Below, piece after piece: positions 38,704 to 51,538 of a stretch of 64,000 bases of DNA; the stretch's first letter is position 1, and every line of letters starts with the position of its first letter. The DNA is from Octopus vulgaris (taxonomy: Eukaryota): NCBI GenBank assembly GCA_951406725.2, contig OX597819.1, positions 43,524,001 through 43,588,000 of the forward strand, written 5' to 3'. The translations under genes were made by a program, and so were the position numbers. The notes beneath the pieces were generated by a model, which did not search any database, was not told where the DNA came from, and saw only the letters and a list, made by a program, of their open reading frames with translations.

Positions 38704-39030
38704 GAGACCCCCTTCGGTCATGAATGACCATGGGATTGCACCTACAAAGTTACCCTCCGAGGCACAAGTCCGGGCAAGATTGTTTGTGGAAGGCTAGAAG
38801 TCGCCCATGGCAGCCTCCCCTCCTAGAATGTTATCCTAGGCAAAGGCAAAGGCCGATACAGCTTGGCACCAGTGATGTCGCAACTCATTTCTACAGCTGA
38901 GTTAACTGGAGCAACGTGAAATAAAGTGTATTGCTCAAGAACACAACACGCAGACCGGACCGGGAATCGAAACTCACAGCCTCACGAGCATAAGCTCTAC
39001 GCTCTAACCACTGAGCCATGCGTCTTCACA
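38704..39030 (-). mobile_element. SINE, head B + tail T3
   Basis: Head B on minus strand joined to TGCGACATCACTGGTGCCAAGCTGTATC...GGTCATTCATGACCGAAGGGG. Confidence 0.8.
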
Positions 39031-40064
39031 CGGCTAAACAACAAGAATTACGATAATAGGAAGAGTACAAGCAATACTCTCTAATAGGCAGGCAGACGAA
39101 CAGTTCTAAACACGAAATTATATGTACACATACACACACGTACAGAGGTATTCCTACATATATATATATACACACACCTACACAACCAGACAAACACACA
39201 TACAGTCACAGACACATACACACACACACACACTCTCTCACACACACATACACACAAGATATCCCGAAATGCAAAGTTATATAATTATATTACAGGCACA
39301 GAAGCAAATATCCATGGACATGGTAAATACACAAGCATATATATAGACACAGATTGTAATAAGCATATATACACGCGTACATACACATACAAATGCAGAC
39401 ACACACGCACATACACACACACACACACACAAATATACAAGTACACACACTAACGCATACATACACATGTAGACACACGCACACACACACACAGATATGA
39501 AGACGCACAAGCAGAATAACACACACACACGCACACACACATACTCACACATACTCACACACTAGACACGAAACCATACAGACACCTAAACACATGCATA
39601 CATAAATATAATTGAATCTAAATAATGCTCGCATACGTATACATAATTATATATGCATATAATCACACACACGCATGCGCACACATACACATATACACAC
39701 ACACTTCTGCACATATTACACCACAGAAACACACACACACACGCACAGACACATATACATACACACACATGCGAATAATCCCATATACACATGCGTACAC
39801 TCACTTATACAAGCACATAGATATACACGCACACATGAACATAATCTTTAATACAACCATAGATTTACGTGTAAAAAAGACGCACACACATACATACATA
39901 CATACATACATACATACATACATACATACATGCATACATACACTTACGTATACGTATAAACATACACACATATTACATATAAACACACACCTCAAAAAAA
40001 TATTAAAAAAAAAGAAAAAACCCACAAAAACAAGGGATCAAAATGTTAACAAAATATCAACATA

Positions 40065-40529
40065 AACATAATAATAACAATAATAACAATAATAATAACA
40101 ATAACAATAATAATAATGATAATGGTAATAATAATAATGATAATGAAAATAATAATAATAATAATAATAATGATAATAATAATAATAATAATAATAATAA
40201 TATTAATAATAATAATGATAATCACAACAACAATGATAATAATAATAATCACAACAGCAACAATAATAATGATTTCATATAGTAATTAATCTTTATTATA
40301 GACATACATTTATTGTTATACTTTTCGTTGTTGTTGTTCTTAATGTTATATTTATTGTTACTGTTGTTGTTGTTGTTGTTGTTGTTATTTTTCCTGATCG
40401 ATATTATTCGCATTAATATTATTGATGGACTTCGTATTACTTCACTTTTCTATGTTTTTGTTATTACCAAATCAAATCATAATTGCTGTCATTGTTGTTA
40501 TTGTTATTGTCGTTCTAAATATTGCTTTA

Positions 40530-40604
<75 letters not shown>

Positions 40605-40634
40605 ATTATTATTATTATTATTATTATTATTATC

Positions 40635-40669
<35 letters not shown>

Positions 40670-40752
40670 CATTACTGCTGTTATTGTTAATAGATGTTAT
40701 TGTTATTAATATTTGTTTGTCTTATTGTTGTTAACGTGGTTATCATTATTGC

Positions 40753-40800
<48 letters not shown>

Positions 40801-41113
40801 CATTATTATTATTCCTGTTGTTCCCATCCCCCACCTCCATCAATATTGCCATATATTGTTATCGTTGTTATTGTCATTGTTATTTATTTATTTATTAATT
40901 TATTTTTTTTAGTTTGCTCTATTCAATAAAGTGCTTGTTGTTGTTGTTGTTGTTGTGGCTGCTTGCTCATAATGTTCTCACTGATGTTATCATTATGAAT
41001 GTTGCTGTTCCTGTCGATAATATTGATAGTGTTATTGTTATTGTTCTTACTATTTCTGCTTTTATCATTGTCCTCATCAACATTATCATCATCATCATCA
41101 TCATCACCATTAC

Positions 41114-41167
<54 letters not shown>

Positions 41168-41170
41168 CAC

Positions 41171-41256
<86 letters not shown>

Positions 41257-41393
41257 TTTGTTGTTTGCAAGCAATGGTGGCTGGTATGACGGTTACTGTT
41301 GTGGGTATTATTGTTATCAATCTTGTTTTATTTCTGTCCTCCCCCTCCTCCTCCTCCTCCTCCTCCTCCTCCTTCTCATTATTATCATTATTA

Positions 41394-41425
<32 letters not shown>

Positions 41426-41440
41426 GTTATTATTATTATT

Positions 41441-41472
<32 letters not shown>

Positions 41473-41500
41473 TATTATTATTATTAATATATTTTGTTAT
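40065..41500. repeat. Long compound (TAA/TTA/GAT/CAT/GTT)n trinucleotide region
   Basis: Direct reading. Confidence 0.95.
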
Positions 41501-42046
41501 TGCTAACGTTGGTAGTTGATATTATTGTTGATGTTGTTGGTGTGTTGTTTCTATAGTTTGTCGTTGTTGTTTAAAATGTCTGCTCATTTCATTACAGATT
41601 ATGAATAAATTTAGAATCGCAATCGATAATAAAGTTCACAAAAAAAAAAAAAAAAAAAGCCCACAAAACTTTTAGCAACAAAATATAACAACAAAACAAA
41701 ACATCAGCAAAACTAAAACAAAAATCGAAATTATTAAGAAAAAAAATAATTAAATCAATATATTTTTTCGTTCACCAATTTGAAGGAAAAAAGACAACGA
41801 AATGAAACAAAACAAAAAAAACAACAAAAAATGAAAAAGCAAATAAATAAAATGACTCACCCTTCTCTAACTCAAACATTCAACCCACCTCACTCGTCTC
41901 CCCACAAAGACCAAACCCTAAAACATTAAGAAACATCACATATATACACCACAGTATATACACAGACGCATATACATAGATATATAGGTATATACATGCA
42001 TATGCATATATATGTATATATATTTATATACATCCATATACATATA

Positions 42047-42132
<86 letters not shown>

Positions 42133-42379
42133 GATATATGAATATACATACATACATACATATATATATATATATGTTTAGGACTCACTGCAAGCATTGA
42201 TTACATAGATAGAGGGAAAACAATGAGAAATGGGCTGATTTGTTAGTGATCGATATGAAAAATGGTCATGGAACTGGAAAACTAAGAGTGGCATCATGTT
42301 TGGTCATTGTACTTTAAGCTTAATGTCTGGAAATGGGAAGAAGCAAGCAGCAGTAACGATGGTTGCGGTGGTTAGGGTG

Positions 42380-42967
42380 TGAAGATGGGAGTGAGATAGA
42401 AGGAACGAGAGAGAAAGATATAAACAAGCAAAGATGAATAGATAGATAGAGAGGGGGGGAGAGAGATAGAGAGATAAATAGATAGACAGAGGAATAGATA
42501 GATAGATAGAGGGTGAGAAAGATGTGTGCATGTGTGGCGGAATGGAAGGGGAGAATGATAGGGAGATAGTTGGGGTTAAAGAAAGAGGTTGGATGATTTC
42601 GATAGAGGCAGATGAAGAAAAAGAGCGAGAGGGAAGAAATTAGTGAGGAAAAGAGAAAGGGAGAAGGAGGATGAGAGACAAAGCTAATGAGAGAGTGTAT
42701 GTGAAGGAAGGGGAGCGGAGACGGGATTGACTACGGAGTGAGGTAGCTACGAGAAAATGTGATGAGAAACCAGAGAAAGAAGAGAACAGTGAAAGAGAGA
42801 GAAAGAGAGGGAGGGAGAGAGGGAGAGGTAGAAAGAGAGGGAGAAAGGCAGGGAGAGAGAAGATAAGGAGAAGTGATAGGGGAAAGTGAAAAATGATAGT
42901 CAGAAGGAAGAAAGAAAAAAAATAACATGGCGTACGAAGAAACCAAAAGAGAAAGGAGTAAATGGCT

Positions 42968-43045
<78 letters not shown>

Positions 43046-43120
43046 AGAGATTGAGGGACGGAGAAAGGGAGAAGAGCTAGAAAGCAGAAAACAACGGTAG
43101 GTCAAGAAAAAGAGAAATGT
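42380..43120. repeat. Polypurine (GA-rich) low-complexity tract
   Basis: Direct reading. Confidence 0.85.
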
Positions 43121-43274
43121 TGACTAGGGAAATTCATGCATTCATGAAGTAAACTATTTATGATAAAGTTGTAAATTAATAGTTATGTTTATGTTAACTC
43201 ATTTTTTAATTAACATATTTGTCAATATAAATATCTCGGACATGCCATCCACCATTTTAGTTACCTTTTCATAC

Positions 43275-43410
43275 ATTTCTATTTTTCCATGCGAAACAAC
43301 TTACAATCTTTTAGATTTATTTTGTGATTCTTTCATCATTATTTCGACATCTACGATGAAGTCTGTATTTCGCTGATGAAGTTATAACAAACACCGAAAC
43401 ATGTCAGGAG
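43275..43410 (+). mobile_element. Old repeat with degenerate hammerhead core; homologs at ~47265-47395 and ~34515-34570
   Basis: GAAGTCTGTATTTCG-CTGATGA-...CC-GAAAC-AT-GTC; weak stems. Confidence 0.45.
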
Positions 43411-43675
43411 TTGTTGCCCATGCTTGTCAGAATAATCAAAATGATATTTGCCTTTCGCTAATATTGTTTTCTTATCAGTACATAATTACTTCCAGCAAGC
43501 TTTATAATATTCCCTGCGCGGAATATTGGTTTCAAATTTTGGCACAAGGCCAGCAATATCTGGAGTTGGGTAAGTTGATTACATCGACCCTCAGGGCTCG
43601 ACTGGTAGGTACTTATTTGAACAGAAATACAGTTGAAATGTCGCTAAAATTATTAATATTACTGGCGTTAAAATA

Positions 43676-43895
43676 AGGCGGCAAACTGGCAGAATCCCTA
43701 GCACGCCGGACCAAATGCTTAGCGGTATTTCGTCCGTCTGCACGTTCTGAGTTCAAATTCAGCCGTGGTCAACTTTGCCATTCATCCTTTAGGGCTCGAT
43801 AAAATAAGTACCAGTTGAGATCGCTGGGCTCAATTTAATCGATTTATCCCCTCCCCTCGAAAATTGCTGGCTTTGTGCTAAAGTTTGAAACCAAT
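43676..43895 (+). mobile_element. Meta-domain-type SINE
   Basis: Homologous to 19495-19716 with an alternative tail. Confidence 0.8.
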
Positions 43896-44194
43896 ATCAA
43901 TGGTGTTAGGTAGTTAACTGCTTCGAATTCTTCCGCCCCGCTATCCGTTTTTATCGCAATACAAACCATTTCGAATCAGTAGGGTGGACAATTTTTTTAG
44001 TCAAGAAAAATACAAGTAGTGTCTCGCTCATAAGCATATCTTAAAATTGTTTCAAATTTTGACTCAGGGCCAGCAATTTTGAGATTAGGCGTAAAATGGA
44101 TTACAGTAATACCTCGAATATCGCAGTTGTTATTTTCCAATCTACCCCATTCCCCGCGATATGTGAAAATCCGCGAAGTAGAAACAGAACTGTA

Positions 44195-44369
44195 CTCTTT
44201 TACTCTTTTACTTGTTTTAGTCATTTTCTGTGGCCATGCTGGGGCACCGCCTTTAGTCGAGCAAATCGACGCCAGGACTTATTCTCTATAAGCCTAGTAC
44301 TTCTTGTATCGGTCTCTTTTGCCGAACCGCTAAGAGACAGGGAAGAAAAACACACCAGCATCGGTTGTC

Positions 44370-44424
<55 letters not shown>

Positions 44425-44580
44425 ACACGTACACACACACACATATACATATATACGACGGGCTTCTTTCAGTTTCCGTCTACCAAATCAACTCACAAGG
44501 CTTTGGTCGGCTCGAGGTGCCACGCAGTGGGACTGAACCCTGAATCATGTGGTTAATAAGCACGCTACTTACCACAGAGC
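44195..44580 (-). mobile_element. CORE-type SINE
   Basis: Reverse-complement homolog of 682-1084. Confidence 0.85.
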
Positions 44581-44610
44581 CTAAAATTATTTTTATAATT
44601 TATATATGTT

Positions 44611-44882
44611 TAGAATGGTTGTATACTGTCAATCTAACAAGAACGTGACAGTAGGGGGTCTACTCTAGGCCGATGAAGGACAACGATCCTGAAACACGGT
44701 GTCCCTAGATGCAGTTCCGGCAGCCGGGGGTGTTTGTCTCCCCTTCGTATATGTATATAAGGACACAGGGAAAAAATGTGTCAAAGCTATCAGGAGGCGT
44801 TCGATGCTTCCTAGGGCTATACAGCGGTGGTGTACCCCCTACTGTCACGTTCTTGTTAGATTGACAGTATACAACCATTCTA
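44611..44882. mobile_element. Short element with perfect 49-bp inverted repeats enclosing a hammerhead
   Basis: 44611-44659 is the reverse complement of 44834-44882. Confidence 0.75.
44664..44709 (+). ncRNA. Minimal type I hammerhead ribozyme (CCGATGA core variant)
   Basis: TCTAGG-CCGATGA-AGGA-CAACGA-TCCT-GAAACAC-G-GTGTC-CCTAGA; perfect stems I and II, GUC triplet. Confidence 0.75.
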
Positions 44883-45049
44883 TCGCCCCACCACCGTACA
44901 TGTCTCTACGAGAGATTTAGAAATTCAATATTTCTTATACTATATATATATAATTTATCATAAATGCAAAGCAACACCACAGAGGAATCGATGTAAGGTT
45001 AAATGATAAACCGCGATAGGTGAACCGCGATATGGTGAGTGATTACTGT

Positions 45050-45222
45050 ACATCGAACCCCGTGCTTCACTCGTACTTATATTTTATCAACCCCGAAAGG
45101 ATGAAAGCTAAAGTTGACCTCGGTGGAATCTGAGCTCAGAGCATAAGTACCGCTATGCATTTTGAAGAAGTACCGCTATGCATTTTGTCTGACTCGCCAA
45201 CGATTCTGCCAGCTTACCGCCT
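45050..45222 (-). mobile_element. Degenerate Meta-domain-type SINE
   Basis: CCCCGAAAGGATGAAAGCTAAAGTTGACCTCGG. Confidence 0.7.
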
Positions 45223-45997
45223 TAGCAATACCTTAAAATCATTAACTAATTGCGAGTTAAAATTATTAACTAATTGCATTCTTATCAAGTCTGTTTTAGA
45301 ACCTTTCAGTGAATGTTTTGGTATTATATGTTCTGGTCTAAAAGGAATAGATGGAAAGGAAAGCGAGATAAAGGGCGAAGGGAAGTTGTGCTAAAAAAAA
45401 AAGCAACAACAACAAAAAACAATAAAGTAAGAAAAGATTGATAGATGCTCATATTGTTTCAATATGGCGAACGCCGTGGTGGCGGTGGTTACTGATTCAT
45501 ATGTCCCGGTAATATCCCTGGAAGATGTATAAATGTCACAACATCCATCCTTGCCATCTCATGAAGTCAAGAGAGCTGATCACTCGTTGATGAATAAATC
45601 TAACAAAATGTTAAGTATTCGAATCAAGGTGGAAAATCGACAGAATTGTTAGGTCGGTTCAAACATACCACCCAAGGTGTTTAAGTGGTAGGTCTAACGC
45701 GGCGCCTTGTGAAACACCACAACTTGGTCTTGAGGTGTCTTTAATGGGCTTTACTCTGTTGTCAACCTTCAGAACATGACGGCCCCCCACCCCTGTTCCA
45801 TCCCCACTCATAAGCTCTCGATGTGAACATCGATGTCTCTTACATTAACCGCACCAATCTCACCAGTGAGAAAATACCGTGAAGACATTTCTCTGCTGAA
45901 TGCAGAAAAAATTATCAAATCCTCACCGAAATATTTAAGAAAATATATTTGCACACAAACCTGCACCGGTATATATTGTTTATCTGTTCCATCGGTG

Positions 45998-46490
45998 TGG
46001 AGGCGCAATGGACCAGTGTTTAGGGCAGCGGACTCGCGGTCGTAGGATCGCGGTTTCGATTCTCAGACCCCGGGGATTGTGAGTGTTTGTTGAGCAAAAA
46101 CGCCTAAAGCTCCACGACGTTCCGGCAGGGGTTGGTGAACCCTGCTGTACTCTTTCTCTCACTCTTTCTTCCTGTTTCTGTTGTACCTGCATTTCAAAGG
46201 GCCAGCCTTGTCACTCTCGGTCACGCTGAATCTCCCCGAGAACTACGTTAAGGGTACACGTGTCTGTGAAATGCTCAACCACTTGCACGTTAATAAATGA
46301 GCTGCGATGTCACTGGTGCCAAGCTGTATCCGCCATTGCCTTTCCCTTGGATAACAGCGGTGGCGTGGAGAGGGGAGGCTGGTATGCATGGGCGACTAGT
46401 GGTCTTCTATAAACAACCTTGTCCAGACATGTGCCTCGGAGGGTAACTTTGTAGGAGCAATCCTATGGTCATTCATGACCGAAGGGGTCA
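45998..46490 (+). mobile_element. Chimeric SINE: head A + most of tail T1 + tail T3
   Basis: T1 sequence to ~46293, then GCTGCGATGTCACTGGTGCCAAGCTG...TCATGACCGAAGGGG. Confidence 0.8.
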
Positions 46491-47530
46491 CAGCAACAAT
46501 CACAATTCCATCGGTAGGCGTTTGCACTTTGCTGAGAAATGGAAACTCTTTCTGTATGTGTTCCTCTTGCAAAAAAGGCGGCGAATGTCAGAATCATTAG
46601 AAGGCCAGAAAGAATGCCTTGCAGTGTTTATTCCAGCTCCTATATATTGCTGTTACTTCCCTTTGCGAGTACTACCTCCTCATTTTGTGCCGCAAAAGTA
46701 AAGAGAATCCAAGAGTCAAACGAACTACGTTGTCATTATTTCTGGTCATGATACTCAATTTTCTTTTCCTCTAACACTGGACAGCTATATAACGCACCAG
46801 TTCGATCTGCGTTCCCGTCTTGCCACCCGTTTTAAAAACCAGACACACGCTTCCAAATGCTCTGACCAGGTCGATCTATCATCTATCCAACTACAAACTA
46901 GCCAGTTGCATTTAACTTTCTTTCAAGGGAACATGGAAGGCATTTTTTGGTGAAAAACTTTTGACTCGCCCTTTCCCGGATAAATCTCTCTGGAAAGGAC
47001 GCATTCCCTTTTGTGACGTATCACTTCCACGCTTTTTCTGTCTCTGGAGTTAATCGTTATTGTTTTTTTGTTTGTTTATTTGAAAGACTAGCAAAGTATG
47101 TTGTTGGTACTTTTGTTAATGCCACTAAGTTTGCATTTTTCTTTTCTCAAAATGTGTTTATGTCGAAGAGTATATTTGTGTTGCATTGTCACTGTTTGTC
47201 TATCTTTCATTTCAACTGTTTTCATGCTTTCAAATTTTGTTGTGTCTAGGGAGAGTCATCATGCGAATATATTTTTCCACGTGAAACAGCTTATAGTATT
47301 TTAGATTTTCTCTGTGATTCTTCCATCATTATTTCGACATCCATAATGAAGTCTATATTTCGCTGATAAAGTTATTACAAACACCAAAACATCTTTGGAT
47401 TTGTTTTCAAATGTTTTCATGTTATTCATTGCTACCAATCTCGTTACATCAGAGGCGCTCTCCCCTCTAAACAAATTAAAACGGACGTCTGCAAACAATG
47501 TTTAAACAATGTCAATATACAAGGCAGAAA

Positions 47531-47962
47531 AGGCGGCGAGCTGGCAGAAACATTAGCACACCGGGCGAAATGCGTAGTCGTATTTCGTCTGCCGTTACGT
47601 TCTGAGTTCAAATTCCGCCGAGGTCGACTTTGCCTTTCATCCTTTCAGAGTTGATTAAATAATTACCAGTTACGCACTGGGGTCGATGTAATCGACTTAA
47701 TCCGTTTGTCTGTCCTTGCTTGTCCCCTCTGTGTGTAGCCCCTTGTGGGCAGTAAAGAAATCAGAAACGTTAGCACACGGGGCGAAATGCTTAGCGGTAT
47801 TTCGTCTGTCTTTACGTTCTGAGTTCAAATTCCGCCGAGGTCGACTTTGCCTTTCATCCTTTCGGGGTCGATAAATTAAATACCAGTTGCGTACTGGATC
47901 GATCTAATCCACTGGCCCCCTCTCCCAAAATTTCGGGCCTTGTACCTAGCGTAGAAAAGAAT
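47531..47962 (+). mobile_element. Meta-domain-type SINE dimer
   Basis: Two tandem bodies with different tails. Confidence 0.85.
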
Positions 47963-48242
47963 ATGTAAGGCGGGATCTTGTTTTCTACCGCTGAGTAGAT
48001 AGACATTTAATAGCTCCTAAGACTTTTGTTAGAAAAGAAAAACAAAAGGAGAAAAATGGCTTTTTTTCACACTATAATCCAGAGAAAATATTTTCCAAAT
48101 AGTGACCTTTTCACACGTGACTAATCTTAGCGAAAAACAACAACAATAATATTGTTTTCAATTTCAACATAAGGACAGCAGTTTGAGGAAAGATGTTTAG
48201 TCGATGTGGCCGACCGCAGTTCTTGATTGGGATTTCTTTTTA

Positions 48243-48429
48243 GTGTTTAGAACCCTCCTGATAATCCGTGCTGTCCCTAAGAGACAAACTTTCTGTAGAA
48301 GCTCTCCTATTCCAATTTCCTTCAGCCATTTGTCTATAATATTGGCTTATTGTTCCCAAACGCACCAATTTCTATAGGCACGACCTTTATTAATCTCATG
48401 CTCCAAATTCTTCCTATTTCAAATTTTAA
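48243..48429 (-). pseudogene. R4/Dong-like non-LTR element, C-terminal restriction-like endonuclease fragment
   Basis: LKFEIGRIWSMRLIKVVPIEIGAFG and KWLKEIGIGELLQKVCLLGTARIIRRVL. Confidence 0.75.
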
Positions 48430-48512
48430 GGAATTCCATTTTTTGTTTGTTTTTTGTCCTCTTTCTTTTCGATCTTGGAATCAAACGGACATGATGGGTC
48501 GATCAGTTATTA

Positions 48513-48922
48513 TTTTTCAAGTTTCACTTGAAAAGGAAATTGAGAATGGAGAGAGAATTTATCAAAAGGTGGGTGAAAGTTGCGAAAATGGTAAGAGTGG
48601 ATGGTACCTCCCTAAGTGTAGACCTGTGAGTCAGAGAGAAAGAATTGGAGAGAACACTTGCTCATAGGTTTTCAGGGAAATCTCGGACGGTGGGCTTCCT
48701 CGATTATTCCTCCTGTATCAGGAGGGTTACATCTCTATTATCCACCCCGCTTTTTTTCCCTCTGTATGCTATGCATATGTCTCTTTCCAGTGTATACCGT
48801 GTATACTTTTAAAAAAATTATTTTATTTTTTTATTTATCATTTTATTATTATATGTAAACCCCCACACTATATCTGTCTCTGTATTGTTCCCCTCATCTT
48901 TCGCCCTCCTGGCAAATAAATG

Positions 48923-48924
<2 letters not shown>
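48513..48924 (+). mobile_element. Second Tx1-like family 3' end, terminating in (ATC)n
   Basis: FFKFHLKRKLRMEREFIKRWVKVAKMVRVDGTSLSVDL* is homologous to the 27785 copy; ends AATAAATGAA then (ATC)n. Confidence 0.7.
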
Positions 48925-48977
<53 letters not shown>

Positions 48978-48978
48978 A

Positions 48979-49062
<84 letters not shown>

Positions 49063-49615
49063 GAATGAGAGAGCAGTGCATGCCCTCAAAGTGACACTGG
49101 GGTAAAATATACGAAGCCCAGTATACCCATCATGACTACCCGTCTGATAAGGGTACACCAGACACATGCATCACGTCCATATGTACGTGACATGGTGATC
49201 TCATATCAAGATAAACAGCGTATGACCTTGCAGGTGGGGCCCAGTTAGAATTTTCTTCAGGTCGAGTAACTCATCCTGCTCAAAAGGTCCCTGAATAAGG
49301 GTTGTTTAAGGATATTGAACGAAACACCCATGTTTCCAGAGGTGAATTATTCGAATCCCAAAGAATCCCTCTCAACACAGGGCTAAGATGCTTCCCCACT
49401 ACTTCTGCTCGTGATCAGAGATGCACATGTCGTCAGCCACTAAGGAACATGCTCAACTGGTTAAGGCCAAACAACTGACAAGCAGATCTGTAGTATTGAG
49501 CAGAATATTTGCTATAGCCCATCTTTTATACCAAACAAAACAATGTACATGATAACACTTCTAATCAGTTAAGATCAGAAGCCACGAGAGCCACTGCCTG
49601 GTACTACATCAGGGC

Positions 49616-49618
<3 letters not shown>
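49063..49618. mobile_element. Unclassified ~550-bp non-coding element in (TTA)n, copy 1
   Basis: Highly similar to 50086-50631; (TTA)n at both ends. Confidence 0.8.
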
Positions 49619-49652
<34 letters not shown>

Positions 49653-49653
49653 G

Positions 49654-50038
49654 CTCATACCTGAGGTTGACGCTCCAGTTCGTGGCCAGAGCTTGGTCCT
49701 GCGCTGCCAGTGTAGTGCTCTCAGTCTCTTATTTTAGCGTTCCTTTCATCAGCCAATCCCACCTATTTTTTCCAGCAACTTCTGTTGTGGCTACGTGGAA
49801 TTGATTGTGTAGTCCCTTCTTGCGTAATTCTTCTTCACGTCCCTTTTTGTACTTCTTCCTTTGTTTTCCCTTTTTTCTCTGCTCCCAATACTCTCTCGTT
49901 CCTAACTGTCTCTTGCAAATTTTCCCTACTTTGCGCTAGGTATCTCATTAAACTCTCGAGTTCGAGATGTACGCAGTATTCCACAGTTGTCAGCCCCTTC
50001 CCTCCATTTGCTCTCTTCATGCATCAGTGTCTGCACGT

Positions 50039-50040
<2 letters not shown>
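49654..50040 (-). pseudogene. R4/Dong-like ORF fragment (post-RT region) in (TAA)n
   Basis: RANGGKGLTTVEYCV...LHNQF...WLMKGTLK*ETESTTLAAQDQALATN. Confidence 0.8.
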
Positions 50041-50084
<44 letters not shown>

Positions 50085-50085
50085 G

Positions 50086-50629
50086 GAGTGAGAGAGTAGT
50101 TCATGCCATCAAAGTGACACTGGGGTAAAATATACGAAGCCCAGTATACCCATCATGACTACCCGTCTGATAAGGGTATACCAGGCACATGCATCACAAC
50201 CATATGTGCGCAACATGGTGATCTCATATCAAGATAAACAGCACATGACCTTGCAGGTGGGCCCAGTTAGAATTTTCTTCTGGTTGAGTAGCCCATCCCG
50301 CTCAAAAGGTCCCTGAATAAGGGTTGTTTAAGGATGTTGAAGGAAACACCCATGTTTCCAGAGGTGAATTATTCAAACCCCAAAGAATCCCTCTCAACAC
50401 ATGGCTATGATGCTCCCCCACTACTTCTGCTCGTGATCAGAGATGCACATATCGTCAGCCACAAAGGGACATGCTCAACTGGTTAAGGTCAAACAACTGA
50501 CAAGCAAATCTGTGGTATTGAGCAGAATATTTGCTGTAGCCCATCTTTTATACCAAGACAAAACAATGTACATGATAACACTTCCAATCAATTAAGATCA
50601 GAAGCCATGAGAGCCGCTGCCTGGTACTG

Positions 50630-50631
<2 letters not shown>
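50086..50631. mobile_element. Unclassified ~550-bp non-coding element in (TTA)n, copy 2
   Basis: See copy 1. Confidence 0.8.
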
Positions 50632-50665
<34 letters not shown>

Positions 50666-50844
50666 CATTACTATTATTATTAATATTATTATGCTGGTGT
50701 GTTTACGTCCCCGTAACTTAGCGGTTCGGCAAAAGAGACCGATAGGTGAAGTATTAGGCTTACAAAGAATAAGTCCCGGGATCGATTTTATTTGACTAAA
50801 GGCGGTGATCCAGCATGGCTGCAGTCAAATGACTGAAACAAGTA

Positions 50845-50901
<57 letters not shown>

Positions 50902-51094
50902 ATTATTATTATCATCATTACTATTATTATTAATATTATTATGCTGGTGTGTTTACGTCCCTGTAACCTAGCGGTTCGGCAAAAGAGACCGATAGGTGAA
51001 GTATTAGGCTTACAAAGAATAAGTCCCGGGATCGATTTTATTTGACTAAAGGCGGTGCTCCAGCATGGCTGCAGTCAAATGACTGAAACAAGTA

Positions 51095-51151
<57 letters not shown>

Positions 51152-51344
51152 GTTATTATTATTATCATTACTATTATTATTAATATTATTATGCTGGTGT
51201 GTTTACGTCTCCGTAACTTAGCGGTTCGGCAAAAGAGACCGATAGGTGAAGTATTAGGCTTACAAAGAATAAGTCCCGGGATCGATTTTATTTGACTAAA
51301 GGCGGTGCTCCAGCATGGCCGCAGTCAAATGACTGAAACAAGTA
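50631..51344 (+). repeat. Three tandem 250-bp units of (TTA)n + CORE-type SINE 3' half
   Basis: SINE halves start at 50691, 50941 and 51191 with an identical junction. Confidence 0.9.
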
Positions 51345-51382
<38 letters not shown>

Positions 51383-51397
51383 TATTATTATTATTAT

Positions 51398-51459
<62 letters not shown>

Positions 51460-51492
51460 TTATTATTATTAATTTTATTATTATTATTATTA

Positions 51493-51538
<46 letters not shown>

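Noticed and set aside
49560-49582. Weak resemblance to U2 snRNA
   Set aside because: Short and mismatched; no branch-point pairing region or Sm site
50631-51344. Regularly spaced repeats resembling a CRISPR array
   Set aside because: Eukaryotic context, spacers are microsatellite, repeats are SINE tails, no cas genes
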